This document shows, one piece after another, positions 1-14,073 of a DNA stretch of 64,000 bases. The stretch is from assembly GCA_964016885.1 (NCBI GenBank), contig OZ024752.1, positions 15,128,001 to 15,192,000 of the forward strand. Direction: 5' to 3'. This DNA is from Eledone cirrhosa (taxonomy: Eukaryota). The notes under the pieces are model-generated. The model did not search any database, had not been told where the DNA came from, and was given only the letters and a program-made list of their open reading frames with translations. A program made the position numbers and the translations under genes. Position 1 is the stretch's first letter. The number at the start of each line of letters is the position of its first letter.

Positions 1-345
1 TAATGCGTTGTTCTTTTCCCCTAGAGGGTATGCAACCAAAGAAAAAATATCACCAGCACTGAATTAAGCATTCTGGAGAGGGTGCCCATTCATCAACCCC
101 ATTGGTGGCACAGCATAATTTGAGTTCCCGAGGGGTGTGCCCATATTTCAACGACCAGCGATATTCATCAAAAGGAAAAGTGACTTCCTGTTTAGTTGGA
201 GAAAGTCCTTCTTAATCCATATCAAACTATTGGTCCCGTGAATCCCGAATCACCACATTATCTCTACTCTACCCATATAAAAGTGCATGGCAACCTTCAT
301 CCTGAAATCAACATGTGAAGATGCTTCTGACTGCAACTTCAAACC

Positions 346-560
346 GATACCACATATATGAACAGAATATCTAGAAATACATCAATAAGATATCTCTAAT
401 GATATCACATATATCAACGGAATATCTAGAAATATCTCATACATCAATAAGATATCTCTAATGATATCACATATATCAACGGAATATCTAGAAATATCTC
501 ATACATCAATAAGATATCCCTACTGATATCACATATATCAACAGATATCGTATATATATA
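346..560. repeat. Minisatellite, ~62-bp unit, ~3.5 copies
   Basis: GATATCACATATATCAAC recurs at 401, 463 and 525. Confidence 0.85.
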
Positions 561-1206
561 TCATATATATCAACACGTTATATCTACTTATATCACAAGA
601 AGAAGAAGAAGAATTTGGCAGTGACCAAAACATACATACAAAATATATACTTGTAGATGTGCATATGTTGTGCGTGAGTATGTGCTTAAATGTTTAAGCT
701 CTAAAGACAGACTTCTTGTTATATATATATTTACATTTAATATGAAATAGGAAATGGACTGATGCAGTTTCCTTGTAATTGAATATTTAATACTTTCATC
801 ACAATATATGTTCTATTACTGTATCTAGCGCCAATTGTATATGTACAACTCTTTATTATATTTTTTTCAAATTTGAAATGAATATTCGTATGGATAATAG
901 AGAAACAGTCACTTCTCAAATAAATTGAATGAACTCAAGGAAATATACCATGATTTATATAAAAATATGATAAATGAGAAGTTTAAACTGTTTACATATG
1001 TATCTAAGACAAAATACTAGTCAGTGCATTCTTTAAACTCAAATGATTATAAATTGCACGTCTCACATTTCCAGAAAAATATGCTCTGTTGATGTTATAC
1101 ATAATTTTGTATCTAGCGAGTGTTGGGTGTATACGCTCTATAGTTTACATAGCTATAAAGTGTTGCATATACGGTATTATATACATATATATATTGTTAT
1201 GCTTTA

Positions 1207-1596
1207 GGAAAAAGTACTGAAACAACATTGTACCTTTGAAATATGTATTATAAAATATGTACTTTGGTTATAATATTTCTCATTTATTAATATTTGGAAT
1301 AATATTATAGATACTCCAGATAAATCACTGTGAGTGCTTCGAATCTATTGTAAAATTTAATTCGTTGAATAATCAACGAACCATATAAACTTTTGGTTAT
1401 ATATATATATGTGTGTGTGTAGTGACACTACAGGAATTGAAGACTCAAGTACTTTAGCGGTATGTCGCATATCCAAACTCTTATATATTTTATCTGATGA
1501 AAACGTACTGAAACAACATTGTACCTTTGAAATATGTATAATGAAATATGTACTTTGGTTATGATATTTCTCATTTATTAATATTTTGAATAGTAT

Positions 1597-1600
<4 letters not shown>
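1207..1600 (+). mobile_element. Non-autonomous PLE-type element, partial tandem (3' end with tail, then a hammerhead-bearing copy lacking the tail)
   Basis: 1207-1305 is directly repeated at 1501-1600; hammerhead in the second copy; ACTC/GAGT hairpin at 1313-1338; flanked by (TA)n. Confidence 0.7.
1485..1549 (+). ncRNA. Type I hammerhead ribozyme
   Basis: ATATTTTAT-CTGATGA-stem II (GTAC/GTAC)-GAAA-TATGTA-TA-ATGAAATAT. Confidence 0.75.
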
Positions 1601-1644
<44 letters not shown>

Positions 1645-1774
1645 GTGTGTGTGCGTGTATAAATATATATACATGTATGACTCTAGAAAATGAACTGTCG
1701 CTAATGCAGATTATTTCATATTTATATATACAGATTATCCTTCAGATGCATTCTTACATACATATATAATAATA

Positions 1775-1881
1775 ATTGTTTTACTTTTGGCACAAGGCCA
1801 GCAATAACCCAGTGCATTACTTGTACTTTATTTTATCGACGCCGTAAGGATGAAAGGCAAAGCTAACCTCGGCGGAATTTG
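1775..1881 (-). mobile_element. tRNA-derived SINE, 3' fragment
   Basis: Reverse complement of the SINE core GCCTTTCATCCTTACGG..TCGATAAAATAAAGTAC and tail GCTGGCCTTGTGCCAAAAG; a shorter fragment lies at 2101-2179. Confidence 0.8.
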
Positions 1882-3114
1882 ATAATAATAATAGTAATAA
1901 ATGGATAATATATCACTATAACATCATAATTTATTTCATAATATATATTTCAGGAAGAAATTGTTAAGGCATACGCACCAGTTCGTAAACGGATTCAACT
2001 GATAAAGAAAACAGATGGGGGTAACATTGAACTGAAATAAGTGTTAAATTGGCATAAACATAACATTGGCTGTGTTACATTTTTCCCAGTGATACCAATA
2101 ATAATTGTTTCTTCCTTTGGCACAAGGCCAGCAATTATTCCAGTGCATTACTGGTACTTTATTTTATCGACCCCGTAAGAATCAATAATAATAAAGATAT
2201 TTAAATGGTCCCAATTTACCTGTTATACGCTGAGCTAAATTATTGAATAACTTACTGCATCCATAATGTTTGTTTTTGTTGGTTGTGTTGGGTGAATTTC
2301 TCATGTTCTTGTTGAGGACTTCTCCATATTTTCATTTATATGTAATAGCATCTTATATTTCTGTTTGTTATTTCCGGTTTCTAATTATTTAGCCAATCAT
2401 GTTTTGCAGTAAACTTATCAGCCAATCATTGAGCTTCTCTGCTGATACCTTATGTTAGCTTCTAATATATTTTAATTTGAATTATGGAATCATATATCCT
2501 AGAGAGCTCTGTTTGATTGGTTTTGGCAGTGCTTGGTTACACATATTTATAATGCCGTGCCATATCTGGTCACATTCTTTATCCTTTATTTTGAAATTTT
2601 AGACGTTATCCTCATCAGAATTATTTTATTTGTCTTTATGTTATTTGTCTATTGACTTTTAACTCATTTTTGTCAATTTCTTGACAAAATGATTTAGGTT
2701 GCTATCTGCTATCGATTTCTCTATATATTTATTTTTTCAAGTTTATTCAGGTTTCAATATCTTTATTTGTGTAAATATCTGGCTGCATTAAATGTTCGTT
2801 ATAACTACGCTGGCTGCTGCATATATCATTTCCTTTAACCTTGGGTATCGATGCCTCTACCTATTTCTTATTCATTAAACCGCTATTTTCTTCTATTTAT
2901 ATTTTTGTCTGTTGCTCTGCCCCAATGTTTGTTGATCGGCGTTCTGAATATGTTTTGGATTTTGCTTGCGATTCTTTGATATTTAGTTTATTTGTCCTGT
3001 CCGTATGAGCTTTATCTTCGTCAACTGCATTCTGAATGTGTTTACTTTTATTAATGATTTTGGTATTGATGTCGTATGTTTGCGTGGTATATTCTGTAGT
3101 TTGAATATTGCATT

Positions 3115-3750
3115 TCAATTTTTGATGTAACAGCTCAATGTGGATAATAAATTGCTAGTAAACAAGTCGTGGGCTGTCTTCCCTAATAGTTTTATATGAA
3201 TATATGTTTTGTAGTTTCGTCTGAGGAGTTGAATGGCGTTAAGAACCAGTGTGACAGGCGATGTGTCAATGCTGGCTAATTGAATTACAGATACCATTCA
3301 TTGGTGGGTCTGCCGAAACGGTCAGGTGTCTACAATCAAACACACACACACTCTGTGAGGTGACATCTCTTAGTAAGCTCTTAATTGAAGAAATAAAATA
3401 ATCCGAGTGATAGTGACGTATATGGCTGGATTTTAAGACCAAGAAATGTTTGAGGTAACACAGCAACACTCAATGTTGACACTTTATCTGAACCGAGGCA
3501 TTGTACTTGCAGGCACTGAATGAAAAGGCCATTCATAGCATATTTTTAACGAAAACAGAATTCAAATATCCACAGACATGAACTGGTTATAGAAAGGAGG
3601 GTGCGGAGGATATAGAAGCTCAGGACTTTAGAGATTGAAATAGAGATAAGAGTCAGGCAAATGTTGGAATCCATCGGGTAGAAGAGGACCTTAATATTCG
3701 AGATGATGCCAGAGGTGACACTAACAATGATCAACTGAAGGACAAATTAC
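3115..3750 (-). pseudogene. Highly decayed LINE endonuclease (CR1/L2-like) remnant
   Basis: Weak APE-like peptide fragments across broken minus-strand frames (e.g. KTAHDLFTS). Confidence 0.3.
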
Positions 3751-5567
3751 AAAAAGACAGACAGATGATTGCTGATATATCGGAAATCTCTAAATCAGAA
3801 GGCCAGTATTTTGAGGGGAACTGAAAAATCGATTAAATCCTTATTAGAACTTGATTTTATGAACCTGGTAGAGATGAATATCGAAGCTAACTTAAGGTGG
3901 ATTTGAAATCAGCACTTAAAGAGACGTAACTCTATGTCGCAAGCCTTGTTGTCCCATATGGATAGAACCCATCCTAGGAAAATCTGCGTTTCGAGGGATA
4001 CTCTACCTCGTTAAAACACATAATACAACAAAAGACTTTGACGCAAGGTGTCATATGGTAAATCGATATAAAAGATCTTCTGATATAATATATCGTAGGA
4101 ATATTTACGAAGGATTATCCTACTACAGACTTTGATCGATTGTTGTCTATATTCTAGACTTCAATGGGTACAATTCTGACAATTTGAAAAAGCATACGCC
4201 CACACGTTTATCGGTTTCGGTATGGAAATCTCTATATTCTCTAACTTATCTATAGATGTCTTAATTTATGTAACAATTACATTAGCATCTAACTGATAAG
4301 AAATATTGAAAACAAAAACTATGTAAAGCCATCTTATATGAATGTAGGATGAAGTCAATCTTATAATTGATAGGGGTTTTATCTCTAACATTCCAGACAA
4401 TCCAGAAAAAATAATATAGTAGATAAATCTAACCACTACTTTAATACCATGTTACTCGATAGCGCATTGACACAGGGATATGCCCACATATAATTTCATA
4501 ATTCGCCATTTTATTTAAATGTTAGGTCAAATATGTTTACTATTAGTAAACAAACCTATATGCCATAGAAATAAATTATAAAATGTTTACACGGACCAGC
4601 ATGAAACATTTACATTTGTACAAAGAACATAAAAAATGTATTACTCTCAGCCAGCAAAAATTTATGACAAATTCTATATAATCAAGCATCACCTTTAAAC
4701 ATACAGTAAAACGAAGACACACTCAACTTTTATGATCACTCCTAGCAACTGACAGTAAAAGCTGCAAACCACGGCAGTAAATTGAAAAATCAATGGAAAT
4801 TAAAGTTCTACAAAAATAAAAGGAAATGTATGATCTGCCCACGTAAGGAAAAGAGAAGCTCCTAAAAACTCTACATAAAATGTCTATTCAAATAGCAGGA
4901 CCAAAATGTCACTTTAAAAAACATTTATAAAGGAACAGATCAACAGTGGCTTCACCGACTAAAGCCTCACAAACGCATGAATATGTCAAATGTTTATTAT
5001 ATCTGTTGTTGATTTTCTCATCCAAAATTCCCATTTCTATCATTCTTCATTTTTTTCTTCATCAAAAATATTGCGTCCATTTGCTGAATGGAGTATGTAT
5101 AAATCTGACGTAAATTCACATAAATGATTACTTCTTCATCTTTCAACAATATAAACATAGACATTTTAATATATCTTCTTTCAGTACCTGGGGGAATAAA
5201 GCCTTTTTAACGCTGATCTGCTAAACAATATCTCAACGAATGGAAATGAGAAATGGTGGTAGAGATATTTTAGGGTGTAAAGAGTAGTATCTTTAGTACG
5301 TGAGAATTACCATGCTTGATGTGTTAAATGCTGGAAATTACAAGATGTCCCCCTTGAAAGGACACCAACGTATTTCAGCGCCTTGCTGACAGACCCGTCT
5401 TTTATATTTCACTTTTATTTATTCATATATATATTCAGTTGCTTCATAATATCTTAATGACTTCAGTCGTTTAGAAGTTGACACTTCTGTTGAACATGTG
5501 TTTCAACCTATAACATATAAAGGTTTTAAGTTCTGTAACTTTCTTTATTTCGAGAAATTCAGAACAC

Positions 5568-5800
5568 GAAATACTTCTGGTCACTGGATATAGTGAATAA
5601 ATACAGGGTTAGATCTAGAGTAAGCCAGGTCTCGAAATACTCCTGATCTCTAGATATAGTGAAAACACATATGGCTAGATCTAGAGGGAGTCAGATCTCA
5701 AAATCCTCCTGAACTCTGGATATAGAGAAAACACACAGGGCTAGATCTAGAGGAAGTCAGGTATCGAAATACTCCTGATCACTGGATATAGTGAGGAAAC
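5568..5800. repeat. Minisatellite, ~66-bp unit, ~3.5 copies
   Basis: GAAATACTCCTGATC..GGATATAGTGA..CTAGATCTAGAG recurs at ~5568, 5634, 5700 and 5766. Confidence 0.85.
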
Positions 5801-6594
5801 ATGGGGCCAGACTACATTTCCTAATCTTCACTCCACACTTAGTGCTATTTGTTAATATAATATAACAGCAATAAGATATCATGTGAGTTATATTATACAT
5901 TATTCTTGATATAGCCATCGCCAAGAAGAAAAAAAAGAAAACTAGACATAATTTGTAACTCTAAAAAGTTGATATCAACAATAGAAAGTTCTTATCACAG
6001 TCGTCCCCAAAGATACCACACTTCTTTATTTCACGTTTGTTCTTACCGAAAGAAAAAATAATCATGTCCATGACAGCATGGAAGTAGATTTATAAATATC
6101 CAATTAACTTCTAAAACACCAATGAGATGAGAAACATAACATGTATATACGGTACAACTCCTAGTTAAAGTAATTATCATAGATACTGTACGTGGATTCT
6201 CAACATGGTCGCTGTAAATTGCAGCCGATTTTATCTTAAATAACAACTTGCTGTCTTCTAGAAGGATGAGATATTGGATTATGTAAGTCTTGATATAATA
6301 AAATCTGGGTTGTTCTTAACAGAAACAACACGTATCAAGCCTCTTCTGAAAAAGTACTTGCCTATAGGTAAACAAAATACAGCCACATTCTTAACAGGAG
6401 ACCCAGGTAAATCCTGCATAATTTCATGTAGAGCTATGTCAATTTGACATAGCAATATATTTGTTTTAGTACTTTAATAGCTGGAACAGTCACATTCGTT
6501 GAGTGCTACATCTGCTGATTATATGATTGCCAATTTTAAATGGCCTTGACTATTCAGAACTCAATCCCCTAAGAGGAAAAATAATTTTATTTCA

Positions 6595-6740
6595 GGGCGG
6601 TGGATTGGTAGTATCGGTAGAGCGTCGGGCAACATGTTTTATGACATAGGGTTACGCCCCTTTACGATCTGGGCTGAAATCCTGTCGAGATTATCTTTGC
6701 CTTTCATCCTTAATAGGTGGATAAAATATAGTACTAGTAA
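6595..6740 (+). mobile_element. tRNA-derived SINE (diverged)
   Basis: GGGCGGTGGATTGGTAGTATCGGTAGAG head followed by the GCCTTTCATCCT core. Confidence 0.75.
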
Positions 6741-7180
6741 TTCATTATTCAACATAACTATGGTGAATAGTCAATTAAAAATGCAACTGTCGCAACTATA
6801 ACTGATTCATAAATATATTTAGCGATAAGGAATTATTCATGCAGAATGTCTGACAAACTACACAGATGTATATAAGAAATTATGCATAGTTGTATCGAAT
6901 GTCAATATAGATATGTATTGTCAGATGTAGCATCATCCTGATAACAGCCATTAAATTTACATGTTTATGAGTCTTTTTTATATAAAGGAAAATATAAGAA
7001 CAATCTCAGTTGTACCCAACGAGGTACACTAAAACTAGTTAATATGCCAAGTTTACCATCATATTTATATCTGCAACAAAGTACGGAAGGCTCCACCATA
7101 AATAAACAAATATATCACATAAGGTAGGATGAAATAATACATTATGAGCAAAACATGCACGACACAACTTATAAATTAAT

Positions 7181-7340
7181 GGTTTCTGATTTTGGCATAA
7201 GGCCAACAATTTCAGGGGTGGGGAATATCGATTAAATCGACCCCAGTGTATTACTGGTGCATTATTTCATCGACCGTGTGAGGATGAAAGGCAAAGCTAA
7301 CCTTGGTGAGATTTGAACTCAGATCGTAAAGTGCTGTAGC
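7181..7340 (-). mobile_element. 5'-truncated SINE with target-site duplication
   Basis: SINE core and tail; ACTTATAAATTAAT duplicated at 7167-7180 and 7341-7354. Confidence 0.8.
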
Positions 7341-7354
7341 ACTTATAAATTAAT

Positions 7355-10300
7355 CACCTTGATCACCTTGACCGACTAGGCTGTCGGGCGTCCATTTGGC
7401 GCCGCTGGTCACTGCACGCCGTCCATCCCTCTCTGGCTCGTGCTTTCCTCATCCATGTAGTCCCAATCGTATTCCTAAAATCGTAACTCCACCTTCGTGG
7501 AGGCCTTCCGAGTGTTCGTTTCCGCTCGCGCGGGTACCACTCGGCAACCTCGCGGGTCCACCGATTATCGGTGAAACGGGCGACGTGTCCAGGCCATCTG
7601 ACTTGCTGCGCATATATTCCGTGATGATGTCCCTCACGCCGGACTTCTGTCTGATGACTTCGCTCCTGATGTGCTCTCTCAACGAGATTCCTAGCATTCA
7701 TCTCTCCATGGCTCTTTGAGCCGTTACCAGCCTGTGCTCTTCTCTCTTCGTTGTAGCCCAAGCTTCACTGCCATATAACATTGCAGGTAACACTGTGCTA
7801 TTGAAGGGTTTGGCTTGGATGATCTTGTCCAACCTCCCCTTGAGCTCATCCCTTATGCCGTTGAACGATTTCCATCCGGCCCTTACTCTCCGCGAGATCT
7901 CCCTCTCAATGTCTCGGCGCATGTTCACTTCTTGTCCTAGGTAGACGTATTCCTCTACCTCCTCTATTTCATCACCACCAACCACCATTCGACCTGTTGG
8001 TACGTTGTCGGACCGCGGTTCATCTTGAGGCCTACTGCAGAGCTTTTGATGTCGAGGACCGTCAGCATGGTCTGAAGCTGATCCGTGGTTTCAGCGATGA
8101 GTACGATGTCATCAGCGAAACGAAGGTAGGTAAGTATCTCGCGGTTGATGTTGACACCGCCTTGCCAGTCAATGCCTCTGATGATCTGCTCGAGACACGC
8201 GGGGAAGAGTTTTGGAGAGATCGTATCTCCTTGCCTCACTTCCTTCTCGACCGGCACTCGTACGGGTGATGACAGCAGAGCTATGTCGGTGATGCATCCG
8301 AAACTCACCTCCCGGAGCAGTTGAACGTATTGCGCCTCGACTCCTTGCCTCTGCAGCGAGTTCAGCACTGCGTTGATTTCGACGCTGTCGAAGGCCTTCT
8401 CGTAGTCTACGAACGCGACGCAAAGAGGCATATTGTACTCTTTTGCTCGCTCAAACAGTTGTGTCAGAGTAAATATGTGGTCCATTGCGCTGTAGTTCTT
8501 CCGGGAGCCGGCTTGCTCTCTCGGTTGCTGTTCGTCCAGATGACGTGATAACATGTTCAGGTTTATCTTCGTGAACAGCTTGTACACGTGAGACGGCAGG
8601 CATATGGGTCGGTAGTTCTTCAGATCTTCTCAATCGCCCTTCTTGCATAGCAGGATGGTATTCGACTCTTTCCATTGCGAGGGTATTCTTCCTTCGTCCA
8701 GATAGTGTGTGAATAGCTCGACGAGGATTTTCCAGAGCTGCTCTCCGCCTGACTAAAATACTTCCGATGTTATGCCGTCTTTCTCGCCGCCTTTCCCCTT
8801 TTCATCAAGCCGACGGCTCTTTCGACCTCACCGACAAGGATGCGTGGCACATTTTCTTCTTGTTGGAGTGACGGCAACGGCTGCACATTCCCGGCAGACT
8901 TGAAGAGCTTGGTGTAGAAGTCTTCGCAAACCTTTTCCACCTCACTCTTGTCGCTGACCGGTACTCCAGCTGTGTTCTTCAGGGTCGTCACCTCCGATCT
9001 GTACATTGTCATGTCCCTCTCTCATTTCTTGAGGCTCATCTGTTCCTTTGCAGCCTTCAGGAGCTTCTCCATCCGGTATGCCTCGAAGTCTCTGTTCAGT
9101 TGTTGACGAATCACTCTGCTGAGAAGGGTTTATTCGAGGTGATCTTCAGGCGTCCACTTCATATTCTTCCTCTTCTCAAGCAACTTCATAGTTTCCTCCG
9201 AGACTCTTCCCTTCCGCTCCCCCGGGCACACACCCTTAGCCTTCCTCAAGCACTCATTCAGTTTCCTTATCAGTGAGTCGTAGTCAGCATCTATGCCGTC
9301 TCCTTGACGCCAGTTTTCCTGCATGATGGCTTGCTGCAGTTACGCCTCGTTGAAGACCCAGGCGCGTTCTGGCTTCGACGCCAAATGCAGCGGTTTCTTT
9401 TCCCTCGTCCGGTTGATGACGACCTTCGCCCTCACCAGACGATGATATTGCCAGTGTTGAATGGCGTTATGACGGGGACGTCCTGCAGTATGCGTCGCTT
9501 GTTGACCAGGATCTAGTCGATCTCGTTTCGCTGCTCAGAATTTGGCGATACCCAGGTCCATCTCTTCTTCTCCTTCTTCCTGATTAGGCTCTTTCCATTG
9601 TAGAGTCGTCTCGCCTCCGCCATGGTGACCAGACGCTCTCTTCTCTCATTTCGCTCTCCTAGGCCGAATCTTCCGACATACTCTTCCCCTTGCCGTACCT
9701 GTCCTACCTTTGCGTTGAAGTCTCCCATCAGGACGGGGTAAGTGGACTTCACAGCTAGCTCTTTGTGTAGCTGGCGATAGAATTCTTCCACTTAATCGTC
9801 GTCGCTGGCACTTGTGGGAGCGTATGTCTGGACCATCTTGAGGGTGGCCTTCCCTGAGAGGTTCACATTGAGTACACCAAACCGTGACGATATGAACTGG
9901 CAAGAAGCGACCTTCGAAGCCCATTCCTTGCTTACGATGAACCCTATACCTCCGACCGATCTGGCACCCTCTGCTTTCCCGAGTCTCACGGCGCATCCAT
10001 CTTGCCATCGCGAACTCGCCTCCTTCTTCTGGCGGGTCTCGCACAGCCCTAACACGTCGCACCTGATCTTCTTCTTCTCCTCCATTATGTGGTTCAGTTC
10101 TTGTCCCCCCCCCCTGCCAAAGACCTGCAGTTGTAGGTGCATATGGCAAGGTTAGTCCTGTTCCTTGGCGGCTTGCGGGAATCTGTGATTCTTAGCAGCG
10201 TCTCGTCGCTCGGGTTGCACTCCGCCGCCGTGGAGTGGCCCGATTGACACGCATGGTACTGATGCCCTTTTGTTTCGTGCTGTTTTAACCATAAGGTGAC

Positions 10301-10514
10301 GCCATCACACTGGCTGGGCGGGCAGGCTGATACCTCTTCCGTGTAGCTAGCTTTTGAACTCTAGAAGATAATGAATCATCTCTAGGACCAATAGTCTGAT
10401 ACCTGTATAGCATGGTAAAACCTGCTAGGACATTGAGTCAAGCTACCATAGCTATCATACAGCCAGGGTCACCGCTGCGCCACTTTGAGGCACTGAAGTA
10501 GGATTTTGCAGAGG
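7355..10514 (-). mobile_element. RTE-clade LINE, near full length, disrupted
   Basis: APE motifs (TYNCR, GLCETR, QTYAPT, MGDFNAKVG, NEID) and RT motifs (EQAGSR, FVDYEKAFDS, RQGDTISP, LRFADD, YVYLGQ); 3' tail of TCAAGGTGA repeats; candidate TSD ATAAATTAAT/ATGAATTAAT at 7345 and 10515. Confidence 0.92.
7363..10254 (-). pseudogene. RTE APE-RT polyprotein with several stops and frameshifts
   Basis: Split over ORFs 9792-10142, 9513-9791, 9130-9324, 8770-9012, 7964-8587, 7698-7988 and 7363-7761. Confidence 0.9.
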
Positions 10515-10617
10515 ATGAATTAATAGTGTGGTAATATTTCAATTCTGCGCAAGAATTTAAAATATTTACCACATCAAATCTACAATAAAATCTCGTACCA
10601 AATAACTTACTTTAGAT

Positions 10618-10743
10618 CTGACATGGAGAAATTGTGGCCCGTTTGGCTTTCACAATGGCACGCCTTGAATTATTTAGTAGTGCTGTCCTCTTATGATGAG
10701 CCACCTCCTATGTGGTTCACTGCTCGAAAAAGGGTTGCATATG
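10618..10743. mobile_element. hAT-type MITE (short, decayed)
   Basis: Flanked by CTTTAGAT at 10610 and 10744; its 3' end (CTCGAAAAAGGGTTGCA) matches the neighbouring MITE. Confidence 0.55.
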
Positions 10744-10751
10744 CTTTAGAT

Positions 10752-11042
10752 CAGTCATAGGTAACCTGCGGCCCGCCAAGTTTTCTGAATGGCTCGCCTA
10801 AGTCACCTAAGTGAAATCTTTCTGATTTTTTTACCCCAACTTTTGAGTCGTAATTTATTTTTCTATCATTTTTTCGATCGAGGAAAACAACACGTACAAA
10901 TTCTGAAGAAACAACTCAAAACAACCTGAGTTACCGCCCTTTTTTTTAATATGGGCACGAATGTAAATTAACGCTTGCTGCCCTCCTGATGATGAGCCAT
11001 ATCTCATGCGGCCCGCTTCTCGAAAAAGGTTGCCCTTGCCTG
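10752..11042. mobile_element. hAT (Charlie-like) MITE
   Basis: CAG...CTG ends, imperfect TIR GGTAACCT/AGGTTGCC, GCGGCCC subterminal motifs, 8-bp TSD CTTTAGAT. Confidence 0.75.
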
Positions 11043-11084
11043 CTTTAGATCAACAGCGTGATCTACATATCTAATTGCAAATAT

Positions 11085-11282
11085 TGGTTTCAGATTTAGG
11101 CAAAATGCCAATAATTTCGGGGGAGAGGAAACTCAATTAAATCGACTACAGTACATTACTGGTACTTTATTTTACAACCCAGTACGATTGAAAGGCAAAG
11201 TTAACATCGGCTGATCGTTTAGGGTTCTAACTCTATGCAATAAGGCATGTTGTTCGACGTTCTACCGATACTGCTGTTACCC
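11085..11282 (-). mobile_element. tRNA-derived SINE (diverged)
   Basis: Same head, core and tail as the other copies. Confidence 0.7.
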
Positions 11283-11346
11283 CCCCCCCCTTTCTAAATA
11301 CAAATATTGTATTTATAAACTTCATGAAAACAATTATTGTGTTCAA

Positions 11347-11417
<71 letters not shown>

Positions 11418-11581
11418 CTGCTGCTGCTATTGACGATGTATTTCAGAAACATGTAGTCACTGGCTTCCGTTGTATCACTCAACACAAATAAATATATATA
11501 TATAAACATCCTGCACATAGAGAAATGTTACACTCACACATGCAAACACGCACACGCATACACACACAAATATGTAAACAC

Positions 11582-11619
<38 letters not shown>

Positions 11620-11627
11620 AAACAAAC

Positions 11628-11661
<34 letters not shown>

Positions 11662-12689
11662 GATGTATGTATGTATAGTAAAAGAGGTAAATTCCATACA
11701 AATCAAAAGTTATTGGTAAAAAATGAAGTAAAAAATGCACAGGGGTGCATTTAAAGATTTTTTTTTTTCTTAAATACAACAGAATGAATATTTATATAAT
11801 TGTTACATTAAATGGACTTCAATTTTCTCAAATATTATGTACAATATACATGTAATGTAGCAGATGTATTTTTTTATTGTTGACTATGTATTTAAGATAC
11901 GCATGTTCGTATGTATAGAAGTGAACTCAAAATGGCCGAATGGTTAAACAGTCCTTTTACAATCATTTAGTCTCGGGTTCGATCCCCCTGCGCAGCCTCT
12001 TAGTGTATTGTCACTTACCGAGGGCAAGAGATTCCGCAGTCATGGAGAGGAAAACTGGGTTAGTAGAAAAAAACTTTTAAAATCACGTCGAATGGGTTGT
12101 ACTCATATTTTCAGGAGGCAACCGTGTCACAGATACTCTCAGACAGATTCTTCCTGAGAATTAAAATAACGGTATAAGCATGTGGCATAATGGTTTGTAT
12201 TCTTCCATTGTGTTCTTGAGTAAAATACTTTGCGTTGATCCCGTAGATTCAGCTTCGATGAGTATCAGCAGTAGCTGGGGAATTAAATCCTGAGATAGAC
12301 CGGCATCCTTTCTACAGAGAGTCTCGTACTATACGTCGCTCAGCCCTAAGGAAACCAAGGATAAGCACCGGCCCGATGAGCTTTGGGCTTAGAACAAACC
12401 TTAAATATTTATGGAATACATAGTTACTTACCAGTTAATTTCATTAATCGATTCATCCGTTTATCGAACAACTGGAACATTCATCGTCGACATCGATGGA
12501 AGTCCATTGCTATGTACAATGATAAGAACGTATGAAACATTATTAACATATTTTATGGGTATATTGGTGAAGGACGTCCATATACACATTGTGTGTGTGT
12601 GTGCGACAGCTCACACCTATGCAGGTTTAACTGGCCTCCTCCAAGTTATATCTCGTTGGAGGTGTCTTGCGTGATTTAATGTTAGGGAC

Positions 12690-12845
12690 CCCAGTCCTAT
12701 CATCTCATTTTTACAGCTGAGTAAACTGGAGCAATGTGAAATAAAGTGTCTTCGTCAAGGAAACAACACATCACCCAGTCCGAGAATTGAACTCACAAGC
12801 TTTCGATTACAAGCCCATAGCTCTAACCACTAAGCCATGCGCCTT
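12690..12845 (-). mobile_element. Second SINE family (tRNA head plus CORE-like body)
   Basis: Minus strand GGCGCATGGCTTAGTGGTTAGAGC..GAGTTCAATTCTC (A/B boxes), then TCCTTGACGAAGACACTTTATTTCAC..TCAGCTGTAAAAATG; related decayed pieces at ~11930-12400. Confidence 0.65.
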
Positions 12846-13310
12846 CATACATTGACTGTTTTATATAACATTAACCAGAATCATCCGACTGTGTGTAATT
12901 TCATAGCTTACAACGGTTGCTGCGCAAAATATTGCGATAAGGCAATTGAAATCATTAACAGAAGCAATATTATGTCGTTGGGGGACCTTCAAGTTAGGCT
13001 AACAGAATAGTGGTGAGGCGTGTTTCAGCTGGACTCCTTAATCAAGTAAGCAATACACTTGTATTCCCCAGACAAATAATACAGGCTCAGAGATGTACAA
13101 ATATTCACATGTGTGTGCATTCATGGAGATATACAGAGGTTGAATAAATATGTATGCATGTATGTATGTTTATAAATTATATACACACATCCATATATAC
13201 ACATATATATATATGTATATATGTATATATGTATATATATGTATATAAATATATGTATGTATATATATATATATATACACACACACATATATACATATAT
13301 GTATATACAC

Positions 13311-13393
<83 letters not shown>

Positions 13394-14073
13394 TGTATAT
13401 ATATATATATATGCATGTATATATTTATGTATGTATGTGTGTGTATGTATAAATGTGTATATGGCTTTGGGTGTTTGTGTATGAATGTATTTCTGTAGGT
13501 ATACTCGAATGATCATATGCGAATATATATAACACATATTTACACGATGTGCACCATTGCATGAATAGTTGAGCTTCGTACGATGGAGGATTAGCTGTAA
13601 TATTGAAGAAGATATACCGTTGATGGGAATATAATATTCAGACATACACAATAATGGCATCATCTACTCATAACTTACATTTAAAATGATAGGCTTACCT
13701 TATGACAATTCATGAATATCTTTAGAAATGATTATTTTCTAGGTTAATCTATGCGAGATGATACGATGTCGATAAAAGTTCACGATAGATTTTCAAAGAT
13801 GTTGAACTGGAAGCATTAAGTTGCACATCAAATTAAAGTGTTATAAATTTACAATTATGTGTTCATTGGATATGTTAGAAATCCATATCAAGTTTGCAGA
13901 AGCTACACACTAATGACTGCGTCCATTGTCTTTGTACAGATTGAATTCTTCAAGCATGAGAAATATACGATACATGCAGAGATATCACCCGGCAACTACC
14001 GTTCTGTGGATAAATATAGATAAGCGGGTCGTTAGAATATAGAAGAACTAACGTATCTATATATAAATATATA

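Noticed and set aside
346-5800. 62-bp and 66-bp repeats as CRISPR-like arrays
   Set aside because: Contiguous tandem units without unique spacers; eukaryotic context, no cas genes
4980-6540. Possible host exons on the minus strand
   Set aside because: Some splice-like sites, but short frames with no recognisable protein; cannot be supported
11930-12000. tRNA gene
   Set aside because: A/B-box-like head without a cloverleaf; a decayed SINE head, as in the other SINE copies
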